Of a stretch of 64,000 bases of DNA, positions 39,383 through 51,361 are shown piece by piece. Each line of letters begins with the position of its first letter. Within the stretch, counting starts at the first letter, position 1. The DNA is from Eledone cirrhosa. Taxonomy: Eukaryota. A model generated the notes under the pieces. It did no database searches, had not been told where the DNA came from, and saw only the letters and a list, made by a program, of their open reading frames with translations. The translations under genes and the position numbers were made by a program. The DNA lies in the NCBI GenBank assembly GCA_964016885.1, contig OZ024746.1, positions 65,286,001 through 65,350,000 of the forward strand. The letters are read 5' to 3'.

Positions 39383-39531
39383 AAACAATCTCTAATATGC
39401 TGCATCTTTGAAACTAACAATAGCCAAGAAAAAACTGGACACTTGTTGCCAGATCTGCCGCTGGTGAACCAAGCTAAAGCAGCCCTTCAGCAGATGGAAA
39501 ATTTAAATTTATTTAAATCTTCTGACTCTAG
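39383..39531 (+). CDS. INTU: INTU exon E (149 nt): KQSLICCIFETNN...PDLPLVNQAKAALQQME
   Basis: tttcttttatag acceptor, AG|gtaaat donor; phase 0 start continues exon D; resembles INTU KHYMLCVLLE...PDCVYVDQVKTTLHQL. Confidence 0.87.
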
Positions 39532-39939
39532 GTAAATATATTAAATAGAATATATATTCCTATTTTCTTTTCTCATTTACTTCATTTTAACAAGTTCATT
39601 CCTTTATTTCTTTTTAATCTTGTTAATGCTATATTCCCACAAATTCTGCCAGTTGAAGCTGTTAGGATGAAAGCTGACTCCAGGCAATAAAGGTTTCATT
39701 TCAGATATCTAAAGAATAATATCAGTCTGTATTAAGCACCATTCTTTTGTGCTCTGAGCAAGGGAACCAAATGAAAATACACTGAACAAATCATAAACAC
39801 AATTTAAACACAAAAATGTCTTTCCTCTACAATATTAGTATCATAATAACATAACAACAAAAAACAAGCGCACAATCAAATGTGTGTTTGGGAACATGCA
39901 CACACACATATGAATATTATGTATGTATGCATGTATAAA

Positions 39940-40130
39940 GGGCGGTGAATTGGCAGTATCGGTAGAGGGTCGGACGCCATGCTTTGACGTATAGAGTTAC
40001 GGCCCTTGCCATTCTGAGTTCAAATCCCGCCGAGGTTAACTTTGCCTTTCATTCTTACGGGGGTCGATAAAATAAAGTACCAGTAATCTACTGGGTAATT
40101 TGCTGGCCTTGTGCCAAAAGTAGAAACAAT
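39940..40130 (+). mobile_element. SINE family 1, well-preserved copy
   Basis: GGGCGGTGAATTGGCAGTATCGGTAG (A box), GAGTTCAAATCCCG (B box), core and tail. Confidence 0.9.
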
Positions 40131-40223
40131 TATGTATGTATGCTTGCATGCATGCATGGATATATATATAGTATACTAGGGAGAGGATCAGGGGTGTATA
40201 ACACTCCACTTATATGGATATAT

Positions 40224-40274
<51 letters not shown>

Positions 40275-40318
40275 TATGTATATATGTGTGTGTGTATATA
40301 TATATATATTTAATATAA

Positions 40319-40504
40319 AAAGGCTTCTACAGGACTAGGACTGTTTCATTCGGGAGGGAGAAATCATCAGAGCTTCCTGATGATTTCTCCTGAATGAAAC
40401 AGTTCTAGTCCTGTAGAAGCCTTTCTATAATAAATATTTATACTCTGCTTTGTATTGAGTACCTTACTTACTGTGGTTACCCTGGATTGAATCCAGGATA
40501 AACT
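40319..40504. mobile_element. Fold-back element with two divergent hammerhead-like cores (family Z; shorter relative at 10786-10870)
   Basis: ~105-bp hairpin at 40319-40424; each arm reads CTGATGA-tttc..gaat-GAAACAGT; followed by gtattgagtac. Confidence 0.7.
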
Positions 40505-40560
40505 TATATATATATATATATTGTTCTATATTTTTGAGACAAGGAATTATTTACATTATA

Positions 40561-41985
40561 TACATTGGACAGATAGGTGTCCCAGTGATGTTATTAACGT
40601 TTGTTCAGGTCACTGCCTAGAATTGTACACCTATCTAAAAGAACGCACTAGTGTACCAATGGAAAACTTGATGGAAATGTTGACATTCTGTGTAGAGACT
40701 ACCTACTTCAGAATGGACACTGATATATATTGACAGGAGGAGGGTTTAGCTATGGGTTCGCCATTATCACCAATAATAGCCAATATATACATGGAATACT
40801 TTGAGAATTTAGCTTTAGGATCAACACCACTAAAGCCAACCCTATGGCTTAAATATGTTGATGAGACCTTCATACTCTGGCCCCACCAGGAAGAGGTCCA
40901 AGTACTGCTAGATCATGTGAATTCAATAAAGCCATCCATACAGTTCACAATGGAAAAAGAAAAAGACAATCAGCTAGCATTCCTGGATGTATTAATAACA
41001 CGCACTGAGTATGGGTTCAAGACATCCATATATACCGCAAGCCAATGTTCACTGAACGATACCTCTACTACAATTCCCACCATCCATACAGTGTAAAGAG
41101 AGGGATGGTTTCAGTGCCTAAAACATTGAGCAAAGAATATAAGTAGCGATCCTGATACACACCACAAAGAAATGATCAAGCTAAGTAACAATTTGTTAAG
41201 CAACAACTATCCAAAAAACATACTATCCACTCCAATTAGGAAGGGGAGAGAGGATGAAACCCAAAAATTGACCACAGTCTGTCTACCCTATGTAAAAGGC
41301 CTCTCAGAAAAGATACAAAAGATGTGCGATCCATATGACATCAGGACAGTATTCAAGAGTAATACAACACTTTGCAAATATCTCCTTTGAGTAGAACCAC
41401 CAATAGAAGAGAATATGACCAAAGACTGTGGGTACTCCATTCCATGCAGTAGGTCAATCACAGGCGAAACAGGCTGCCCCCTCAAAATAAGGGTAGAAGA
41501 ACATTGTAAAGCTGTGACATGAGGAGAGATCAATAAATCGGGTATAGCTGATCATGTATGGAAAAACGGAGACCACCTTCCCCTGTGGGATGAAGTTAAA
41601 ATTATAGACAGAAAATACCACTGGAAAACACAAAAACTAAAAGAGACAGCACATATGCTAGGACACAATAACCTCCTAAGCAGACCTAGTGCAGATATGA
41701 GTAGTAAATGGGAACCGGTATTGAGGAAGGATAGAAAAATATCAGTTTATAAGCCCTAAAAATTTACGAGAAAAAAAAAAAAGAAAAAAAAACAAATTCA
41801 CGAGAAAAGAAAGTGGTTAAAAAGCGGGCTACTAACCTCAAGATTCCAAGTACAATTTTAGGCAGTGACCTGAACAAACGTTAATAATAACATCACTAGG
41901 ACACCTGATGAAGGCTGGAGAGTACATCAGCCGAAACGTTGTGTTAACAACAAAACACGACGAGGACACCTATCTGTCCAATGTA
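40561..41985 (+). mobile_element. Decayed 5'-truncated Penelope-like element (RT + GIY-YIG) with 3' pLTR and inverted 5' pLTR segment
   Basis: GLAMGSPLSPIIANIYME, WLKYVDETF, EKDNQLAFLDV, LPYVKGLSEKI, YSIPC..TGETG.PLKIRVEEH; stops and frameshifts; 40561-40619 is the reverse complement of 41859-41985 with an internal deletion. Confidence 0.92.
41900..41945 (+). ncRNA. Minimal type I hammerhead ribozyme in the Penelope pLTR
   Basis: stem I GACAC/GTGTT, core CTGATGA, stem II GGCTG/CAGCC, GAAA, palindromic AACGTT stem III. Confidence 0.75.
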
Positions 41986-42012
41986 TATTATATATATATA
42001 TATATATATATA

Positions 42013-42150
42013 GGAGAAAGTATGTAGCCATCGAAACGGCTTGAGCTCCGCCGTCGGGGTCATACTTTCTCCTATTACCCACTCTATTACCCTAAGTATT
42101 GAGTACTCTGGTGCGTTATGGTCCATCTGGTTCATTACCACAACTCCTTC
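42013..42150 (+). mobile_element. Family X copy with a short fold-back
   Basis: ggagaaagtatg...catactttctcc, tcgaaacggcttgagctc, tattgagtactctggtgcgttatggtcca. Confidence 0.8.
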
Positions 42151-42236
<86 letters not shown>

Positions 42237-42239
42237 CTT

Positions 42240-42752
42240 ATATCTTCACCAGGCGAGCTTGCTTGGCTTTCTACGACATGTTTCCTCCATCCATCTCTGT
42301 CTCTCATAGCGTTTGCCAGTTCTTCCGCAGTGCATCCAGTATCGTCCTCAAGTTGCTTGACGTATGTCTTCTTGGGACGACCAGCATTTCTTGCTCCATG
42401 AGATGGACTCCATAACAACACATCACCTGCTATTTCTTCCTTGCTGTGCCAACAGTGGCCAGCAAATCTGAGTCTCTGTCAACGTATTCACCTGCTGATA
42501 GGTTAACATCAGACTGGGAAAAGCCTGGGGAGCATTGAATGCAATGGAAAAGATATGGAAATCAAACCTGCCGGCCAAACTGAAAAGGAATTTCTTTAGA
42601 GTTGCTGTGGAGTCTGTGCTTGTTTATGGCTCTATCACTTGGATGCCAGCGTCGAAACTGGAGAAAAAGCTAGACGGGACATACACACGTATGCTCCGTG
42701 GTGCTTTAAACGTGTCTTGGAAGGAACTCCCAACAAATAAGGATCTCTATGG
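42240..42752. mobile_element. RTE (second subfamily) insertion with inverted 5' segment
   Basis: 42240-42502 (-) [29 protein letters not shown]; 42502-42752 (+) [35 protein letters not shown]. Confidence 0.85.
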
Positions 42753-42769
42753 CTATATATATATATATA

Positions 42770-45313
42770 AACAGATTTAAAGTAACAGTAACAGTAACAG
42801 TAACAGATTTAAAGATATTTTACTCAACGCCTACGACAGTAAAGAAGAACAGATAGAGACATTTAACGTAGAAGAGAACTGGGAGTTCCTAAAAAATAAC
42901 TTACTAGAGGCGACGGATGAGGTTTGTGGCTGGAGTAAGACCTCAAGCAGGAGGAGAGTGATTTGGTGGTGGAACAATAAGGTAGATGAAGCAGTCAAGG
43001 CCAAGAGACAGGCATGGAAAGAATGGAAGAACGGGGGGAGCAGGGTACATTACATAGAGACCAAGAGGGAAGCTAGGCGACAAGTATACTTAGCTAGGAG
43101 GGAAGCAGAGGATAGAAAATTCAAGCATGTTTTACAACGTGAGGACCAGAAACAGGAGGTATTCAAGATTGCGAGGCAGTGTGTCAGAGATAGTTGTGAT
43201 GTCATTGGAGAGAAGTGTATCCGGAATGATAAAGGTGAGCTTGCCCTCACAAGTGCTGAGAAGAAAGATGCATGGAAGAGTCATTATGATAGATTACTAA
43301 ATGAGGAGAATGCATGGGAAGAAGAGACCCTACCCCACGTAGACCCTATAGAGGGACCAGCAGTACAAGTCAGCGGCAGCGTAGTAAGTAAGGCAATCAG
43401 AGATATGAAGATAGGGAAGGCAACCGGTCCATCGGGTATAGCTGCCAAGATGCTGAAGGCATCTGGGTCTGTAGGTCACACTATAACCACACGTATCGTT
43501 AACCAGGTAATACTAGAAGGGGCCATACCAAAAGATTGGTGCAGTAGCATCATTGTCAACTGCTACAAAGGTAAAGGCGATGCACTAGATAGAGGAAACT
43601 ATAGAGGTATAAAGTTGATGGACCAGGTCATGAAAGTAACAGAAAGAGTTATAGCACAGCTGATTAGGGACCGGGTGAATATAGACGAGATGCAATTTGG
43701 GTTTGTACCAGGGAAAGGCACCACTGATGCCCTCTTCCTTGTGAGGCAATTACAGGAAAAGTACCTAGCTAAAAGTAAGCCACTCTACTTGGCATTTGTC
43801 GACCTTGAGAAAGCCTTTGACAGAGTTCCACGTGCAGTAATCTGGTGGGCTCTTAGAAAACTAGGAGTAGATGAATGGCTTGTGAAAGCGGTACAAGCCA
43901 TGTATAGGGGAGTAGTCAGCAAAGTTAGGATTAGCAATGAGTATAGCGAGGAATTTAGCGTACAGGTTGGGGTCCACCAGGGCTCTGTTCTTAGCCCTCT
44001 CCTGTTCATCATAGTCCTGCAGGCAATAACGGAGGAGTTTAAGACCGGATGCCCATGGGAACTCCTGTATGCTGATGACCTCGCACTCATAGCTGAATCT
44101 ATGGTAGAACTAGAGAATAAATTCCAAACCTGGAAGCAGGGACTAGAGAGAAAGGGCCTCAAAGTCAACATGACAAAGACTAAGGTCCTTGTAAGTAGAC
44201 GAGAAAACAGAACCCAGATCCCCTCAGGGAAATGGCTTTGCTCAGTATGTAGGAAAGGTGTAGGTAGGGACTCCATTCTCTGCCCCAAATGCAAACAATG
44301 GGTACACAAGAGATGTAGCGGGATCTCAGGAAGCTTAATTAAGAATGTAGGATTCACATGCAGCAGCTGTGCTGAAACAGCAAGCAAACAGCCACAGGAA
44401 ACAAGTACCACCAATCTCTGGGAGGGCCCTGTAGAAACAGTAGACAGCTTCTGCTACCTAGGTGACCGAATTAGCAACGGAGGTGGGTGCTCAGAAAGTA
44501 CAATAACTAGGGTAAGAACGGGATGGAAGAAGTTTAGGGAACTACTACCACTGCTAGCTGCAAAAGGCTTCTCCCTCAGAATGAAAGGCAGACTATATGA
44601 TGCGTGTATCCGAACAGCGATGTTGCATGGTAGTGAGACCTGGGCGCTGAAGGTGGAAGACCTACGTAGATTAGAGAGAAACGAAGCCTGCATGCTCCGA
44701 TGGATGTGTAACAGTAATATACGTGAACGACAAAGCATAAAGGAATTGAGAGAGAGACTGAGCATAAGAGGAATCAAATGCTGCGTGCAGGAGAGGCGGT
44801 TACGCTGGTATGGACATGTGATGCGTATGAAGGATGACAGCTGCATAAAAAGGTGCAGAGCACTAGAAGTTGATGGAAACCGCGGAGTGGGGAGACCCAA
44901 GATGACTTGGGATGAGGTGATAAAAGCCGACCTTACCCAACTACACCTCTCAAAGTCAATGACACATGACCGTGACTTCTGGCGTCACGCAGTAATACAG
45001 GGTACCCGACCTCCCATGGGTACATGCTGAAGCATATAAACAATATGCCCCCACTCCCCCCACCGCAAGGTGGTCGTGGAGGTGCCACGGCAAAAAAGCA
45101 CCCAGCCCACACTGTAAAGTGGACGTGTAGGTGCCACGAAAAAGCACCCAGCACTCACTGTAAATGAGGTTGGTGTTAGGAAGGGCATCCAGCTGTAGAA
45201 ATCAAGCCAGATCAGTTCCTGTATGAGCAAGGCATGGTCAGCCGACCAGACACGGCCCACATCAGAACAACCCGTCTAACCCATGCTAGCGTGGAAGAAC
45301 GGACGTAAAACGG

Positions 45314-45343
<30 letters not shown>
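42770..45343 (+). mobile_element. Young 5'-truncated RTE-clade LINE with (GAT)n tail
   Basis: uninterrupted RT reading frame, 3' UTR, (gat)n at 45314-45343; inserted in (TA)n. Confidence 0.93.
42781..45030 (+). pseudogene. RTE ORF (RT + PHD-like zinc finger), 5'-truncated, endonuclease missing, no internal stops
   Basis: [72 protein letters not shown]; frame is open upstream of the GTG at 42958 back to 42781. Confidence 0.92.
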
Positions 45344-45344
<1 letters not shown>

Positions 45345-45878
45345 AAACATACAGATATATGTGTGTGTGTTTATGTATGTAAAAAGTAAACAGAAATAAC
45401 GAAGCAAATAACGTAGTACAATGAAGAAAAATATTAGTTTTACACTTGATATAGTAGGAAACGGTTTTTTGAATGCTAGTCCATCATCAGAAATAAAAAA
45501 AAATGAAAATATAGAGGAGAATGAGCAGTGGCAGGTACATAGTCAGAAAAGGCAAAGTGGTATAATATATATATGTGTGTGTGTGTGTGTGTGAGACGTG
45601 TATGTATGTATATATATAGTGGTAAAAAAACAGTCAGTTATATCTATAGTAGGTAGAGCACTCAATCCAAAGGACAAGCTTGGTATAGAGTTATAGAGTT
45701 AGTTCCACAAGAAATTAGCAAACTATACTAAAGGAGACATCTTTCACTGAACGGATTTTCAACCTATATGTGTGTGTGTGACAATTTCTAGTTACTAATC
45801 GAGATCGTCTATTTTGTTTTATTTGTCTAAAATAAAATCAAACCAGCGGCTGCTAATCAAAATATACTGAATATTTAG

Positions 45879-46003
45879 GTTGCGGCATATGAAAGATTTT
45901 TTTCTTGGAGACCCTGAAGTATTTCTTATGTATTTGGAGAATTCTAAGCTCGTGAAGATGGAAAGTGCTGGTCATTTTATGCTACAGAACTCTGTTTTTG
46001 GAG
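45879..46003 (+). CDS. INTU: INTU exon F (125 nt): LRHMKDFFLGDPEVFLMY...QNSVFG
   Basis: atttag acceptor, GAG|gtaaat donor; open frame whose phase 2 start and phase 1 end bridge exons E and G exactly; low-conservation linker, so support is mainly splice sites and phase. Confidence 0.7.
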
Positions 46004-46094
46004 GTAAATAATGTTTTTTTTTTTCTTCATCCTTAGACTGTAGTCATGCCTAAGCATCTCCCCAACCAAAGGTTCTTGTAGTCATATCAACCCT

Positions 46095-46400
46095 TCCTAC
46101 CCAATACTGCTTTTTACTATTTGGTACTTATTTTATTGATATGTGTTGCTGAAGCCCTAAAGCATAATATGTAAAAGGAGCTAACATAAACTATTTCTAT
46201 ACTGCTGTAAACATAAACAGGAACATAATCACACACATATACACATGTATTTGAATGGCTTCTATACAGTTTCCATCTTCTAAATTCCACCACAAAGTAT
46301 TGCTTAACCTGAGATTATAGAAGAATATGCTGCAGTGTAAACTAGAATCTGAACCATGTGGTTATGTGTCAAACCTCATAACAAGACAGCCATGCTTACA
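46095..46400 (-). mobile_element. Old SINE-like remnant
   Basis: ggtacttattttattga core-like motif and a decayed tRNA-like head at the right end. Confidence 0.4.
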
Positions 46401-47014
46401 CCTAAGTAGTTAACACTTCCTGTAGAAACCATAATGATTAAATTAGATATGATTGTTGAGGTGACAAGAGTCTTGGTGGAATTTTGGAGGTAATTAGTTA
46501 AAGGTTCTATAAAAACCACAAAATATGTAAGGGGGTTATGATAGGTGCAATAAAAATGGTCTTATGGCATTTTTGAAAACAAACAGTTAATTTTTCTATA
46601 AAAACCACAACACTGAAATGTTTGATGGTTGAAATTGCTACAGTTTTACTGGATGTTTCAACTATCAGTTGCATGTTACCTCTCAAGATATTTGCTGTCA
46701 TATATTGTTCATTAGACTGACACAGGATGATATATACTGTTTTGCAGAAAAATTCGAAATTTTCATGCAAAAGATGTTTTTGTCTGTTGATATCTTTTGT
46801 GTAGCTGTCATTTCTATCAAATTTGGTTTATTTGTTAGATTCATGGAATGATTAATAGAGTGGTCGTTTGCAGCAGATGGTTGCTAAACTTGTCTGTTCT
46901 GTATTTTCAATAGATTGATGTACGTTTTGAAAATATCACCCATAAATTTCCTCTGTAACAAATTTTGTTGAAGACTACACTAATACAAGCTAAGATATTC
47001 AGCTTAACCTCCAA

Positions 47015-47360
47015 ATCAGAAGAGCTCTTCTGCTAGAGAACAGGTCGCAGGTGGTAGATAGCGTAATGGCCACCAGATATGATAGTTAGTTGTGATAAAA
47101 GTAGGCAGCTACTGAACAAATAAGCAACCCAGACCAACAGCAGTGGACTACTAGGGGAAATGGAGCAACCCAGTGATGTAGCTATGAGGAAGCAAGTAAT
47201 GGCTGCCTCTAATATAGCCAGATTGGTGACTGGCACAAATAAGAGAATAAATGGGAAGAAGAGAAATTACCTTCAACCTACCCAACAGAAAGACCAGAGG
47301 GTTAAATAAGAAAGCAAAGAGATGAAAAATGGTAAAGCTGCAGGACCATCAGAGATAGTT
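47015..47360 (+). mobile_element. Internally deleted RTE-like remnant (inverted sister copy at 51715-52000)
   Basis: tcttctgctagagaa..ggtcgc...ttgtgataaaag.aggca shared in reverse complement with 51900-52000; MKNGKAAGPSEIV at ~47320. Confidence 0.6.
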
Positions 47361-47651
47361 GTATGTAAATATATGTATATATATATATATATATCATCAT
47401 CATCATCGTTTAATGTTTATCTTCCACACACACACACACATATATATATGTAAAAGAATTAGATGAGATGCATTAGCAGAAAGCTGTTTACTGCTGTTAC
47501 ATTTATTCATGAAATGATAGTTATGTTTTAACAGTCACTAAATAGTTACTGTCTTTTGTAATTTCATTAACATGTTAAATTGATATATTTTGTTTAATGA
47601 ATGAGATCTCCAATAACTGATTACATTTAAATAATTACATGGTTCTTTCAG

Positions 47652-47773
47652 GTTCAGAAGAGCATCTCCGCAATGAGGACAAATATTCAGAAACACACAC
47701 AAAGTCTACTATGCAAGGAAGTCAATTATCAGTCAATTCAAATGATTCTGTAATGAGTGGAAGCAATGATAAG
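47652..47773 (+). CDS. INTU: INTU exon G (122 nt, Ser-rich linker): SEEHLRNEDK...VMSGSNDK, ends at a GC donor
   Basis: ttctttcag acceptor; AAG|GCAAGT donor; phase 1 start and phase 0 end fit both neighbours. Confidence 0.68.
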
Positions 47774-49269
47774 GCAAGTTATAAATGCTGTCATTCAACT
47801 AAACAGTATATTTGTCTGTGTAGATTTAATCCTTAAAATCTGTAAAATATTTTGCTGGATAATCAATTTAGGCGTTGTAATTGTGAATGCTCTAATGTCA
47901 TAGTCTAATATAAAAAAAATAGACATTTTACTTGTTATTTTCAATGATTTGTATATTGTAATATTGAGTATCTCTATAACAGTGACTAAGAAAAATGGCC
48001 ATCTAGTTGTGGCTAAATGCTCATAATGAGTTCAATGATGAATAAGTTGTTGCAAATCAGCCACCATAGACCAGTGCTTGTTATGAGTAAATGAGTGCCT
48101 TCTCCAAACACATAACTGGAATGTCCTAGTTTCATTTATTACTGACTAATCCATAAAAGTATGGAAAAGGGGACACACAAAGACATTTGTCATGATGATG
48201 ATGACTACCTCTGTTCCCCAAAAAGTAAGAAGAGAAGAGACAAATAGTAAAAATAGTTATCATTTTTTTGTAATTCATTGCAATGGGGCAATGGTTAATA
48301 GCAAAGGTGTTAGGTGTAGAAATGTTTCACACTTTTTGTATTTCCTGTAGTACCAAGCTTTAAGTTTGTATTAGTTTATGATTCAATCTATTCTAAATTA
48401 TCACCTAGCTATTTTCTATAATCCCCTAGAAAATTGTATATAAAGCCTTGAAGAGGTATTACACTGTGGTTTTCTGCATTTAACCTTTGTAATTTCCTGT
48501 ACTTTTCTTCACTGAAGAATGCTAGTTGGAAGAAAACAGATATATTCAGCTGTTCCTCCATGAACTCAGAACTTGTCTATCATTAAAAAAAGAAATAATA
48601 CCTTTCTAAGCAGCAGTTTTATAAATAACACATTTTCTAGCTTCCCTTTTTTCAATGTTCCCTTCTTGTTAGATATTTACCTTGTTTTAATGTTGCTTTT
48701 GTTTATCCTATTAAAATGTCTTTTTCTTTTCTTTATTTTACTTGTATATATTGTTTTTTTATTCTTATACTATAATTTAAACACATTCTCTAACTGTTTT
48801 GTTTTATAGTTTTATTGCAAGACCTTAGTATCAGTTTAGTGCAGTTGCTTAACATGCTTCATTCACAGTATATTAAAAGAGATTGACTCACATCTCAGCT
48901 TCAGTTTGCTTCATTAGGCTTTATTGATGATGTTATATTGAAGAAAAGGAAATACTATAAATTGGCTGGGATTTCATTTACAATATTTGTTTTATGAGAT
49001 GTTATGCATACAAACCTGTATCATTCTAGCAGAATGTTGCCGAATGAAAAATATATATTTAAGAATGTATGAATGTACATATGTGTGTTTGGATGTGTGC
49101 AAGAAGTGAGTGTGTTGTTATATTCATACTAATGTTTCAATAGATACATAAATAGTTATATGCGAATATTACTAAGTGTTGTTTACAAAATATGAACTAC
49201 AGTTTGCCCAACTATGTTCTCAATCTATTCTAATTAGTATTCTATACAAAAGATATATATCACCTGAAG

Positions 49270-49585
49270 TTGCACAGTTTAGTAGTTAGAGAGTTGGATT
49301 TATAATCATGAGGTTGTGAGTTTTATTTCTGGACTGAGCGATGATTTGTGGTCCATGCTGCTCAAGTTGAATGTAACTGTGGGATCTTTGGTGCTAAACT
49401 GTATCAGCTTTTGCCTTTCACTTGGATGACATAGGGGGCATGGAGAAGTGAGGCTAGTATGAATGGGTGACTGGTGGTCTCACACAAAATACACCTTGTT
49501 CGGGCTTGTGCCTAAGAGGGGAACTTTCTCAGTGCAAAACTCATGGTCAATTATGACTGAAGGAGTCTTTACCCTCTATCCCTTG
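49270..49585 (+). mobile_element. SINE family 2, decayed copy
   Basis: tagtagttagagagttgga...ggttgtgagttttattt head, similar to 63583. Confidence 0.55.
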
Positions 49586-49955
49586 TAAGATATCCTATAA
49601 ATAAACTTAAGTAATACTTTTGTGGATATCTAAATTCTAGTATGCTTTTGAGTTATTATAATTATATATTTAGCAGATAAATATTTGTATGATTTCTTTT
49701 TCAATTATATTTCCTCCCAACCATGCTTATTTGACAATTCTTTAAAAAACATATCAAAGAATCTCTTTTCTTGTATCCAAATTTTTTTTAAATACCCATA
49801 CCATCTTCCCATTTTACTTTTTTTAATAGTACTTTACTGTTTTCTTCTAATCCAAACTTACTTGAACCATACACACCATTCTAAAATATTTCCACAATTT
49901 TCATTTTGACAAATGTTATTTTTCTTCCATATATTTTGTCAGTAAAACATTTTAA

Positions 49956-50175
49956 CCCTTTAGCATTTAAATCAGCCATATCCAGCCAGAATTTTCTCCC
50001 ACCTTTCTGTCAAACTGGCCGTAACCGATTACTCATACCAATGTTAAGGTATTGTTCTCAAAATAAATAATATCAAAAGCTCATAGATTCGATATTATGT
50101 GAGATAATTATGCGAGGTAAAACCTTTACTGTAAAAATACAATAGTATATATAGAATAATGTAAATGCTAAAGGG
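49956..50175. mobile_element. piggyBac-like MITE with TTAA target duplication (inverted relative to 38327)
   Basis: TTAA|CCCTTTAGCATTTA ... TAAATGCTAAAGGG|TTAA, perfect 14-bp TIRs. Confidence 0.85.
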
Positions 50176-51145
50176 TTAAAAGATTTAAAAATTAGGTGAA
50201 ATAATATCCCAATATATTAAAAATAATAACTTTTCAAATAAAATATGAATTAATCTTCTTTACTTCATCTTACACTAATCCTGACTTCTCATGACTGTTC
50301 TTTCATGTCAACATCCAAGAAACATTGAATAAAAATCATTTAAAATCTTTACTATTATTGATTTTTGACATTGGCACAAGGTTACACATTGTTTAGATTA
50401 AACCAGTGTATTTACTAGTACTGTATTTTATGAAAACGCTTAAGAATAAAATTGAGTACAGTTTGATTTGAACTCAGAACATAAAATGATGTAACTAAAT
50501 ACAGTAGGCGACTTTACTTTTTTCATTGCTATACAGATTCTGCCAAATCTATTTACCAAATAAAATAAATACAATAATTACTATAGAAAACTGAAACAGA
50601 CTTGTGAATATCAGCATTCATTTAAATCAATTACCTTGTTTTAGAAGTATTAACATTGTCTCAAATAAATGAGCTAATTTCATCTACAGAAATCTAACTT
50701 CTGGTAATAAATGGTAAAATAATTATTCATGATCACATCAAATAAACTTTCATGGTGATATTTAAGAGAGTGTGACATACTCATCTCTTGTTTTGTTAAT
50801 CAATGATAAAAGTGACAAAGCAGATGTGTTCTCATTTAGCTTCATAACAAACATTTGATGAATAATTTATCCTCTTGTAAGAAAGCTTAAGGTCATAATG
50901 ATGGCTGAGATGAAATACTGTAAATGCTTTTAACACTGTTCTTAGTGCAAATCTCACCTAGGTTGATGAACTATGTAGCCACAATATACTGATATCATAA
51001 ATGCAACTGTATCTTTGCACACACATATTAGTCTCAAGTTTAGTGAAAATAATACAAACAATATTTGCAATCCTCTTTGAAGTGCTTCACCTGGAACTTG
51101 CATCAAGTGTGCAAACTAGTTTCCATTTTTATTATCATAACCACA

Positions 51146-51361
51146 GGGCAGCAGACTGGCAGTATCGGTAGGGTATCGGACAACATGCTTTGCGGCATAT
51201 AGTCATGGCCGTTTATGATCTTAGTTCAAATCCCGCTGAGGTTAACTTTGCCTTTCATCCTTACGGGGTCGATAAAATAAAGTACCAGTCAAGCACTGGG
51301 GTCGATTTAATCGACTTTCCCCTCCCCCAAAATTGCTGGCCTTGTGCCTATATACAAAACC
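51146..51361 (+). mobile_element. SINE family 1 copy with 14-bp TSD
   Basis: TSD ATTATCATAACCAC at 51131-51144 and 51362-51375. Confidence 0.9.

Noticed and set aside
39940-40030. tRNA genes at A/B-box motifs
   Set aside because: They are SINE heads followed by a shared core, tail and TSDs; no complete cloverleaf.
43785-44900. Antisense ORFs over the RTE (and over the CR1-group ORF2)
   Set aside because: Shadow frames of the sense coding sequence with no recognisable domains.
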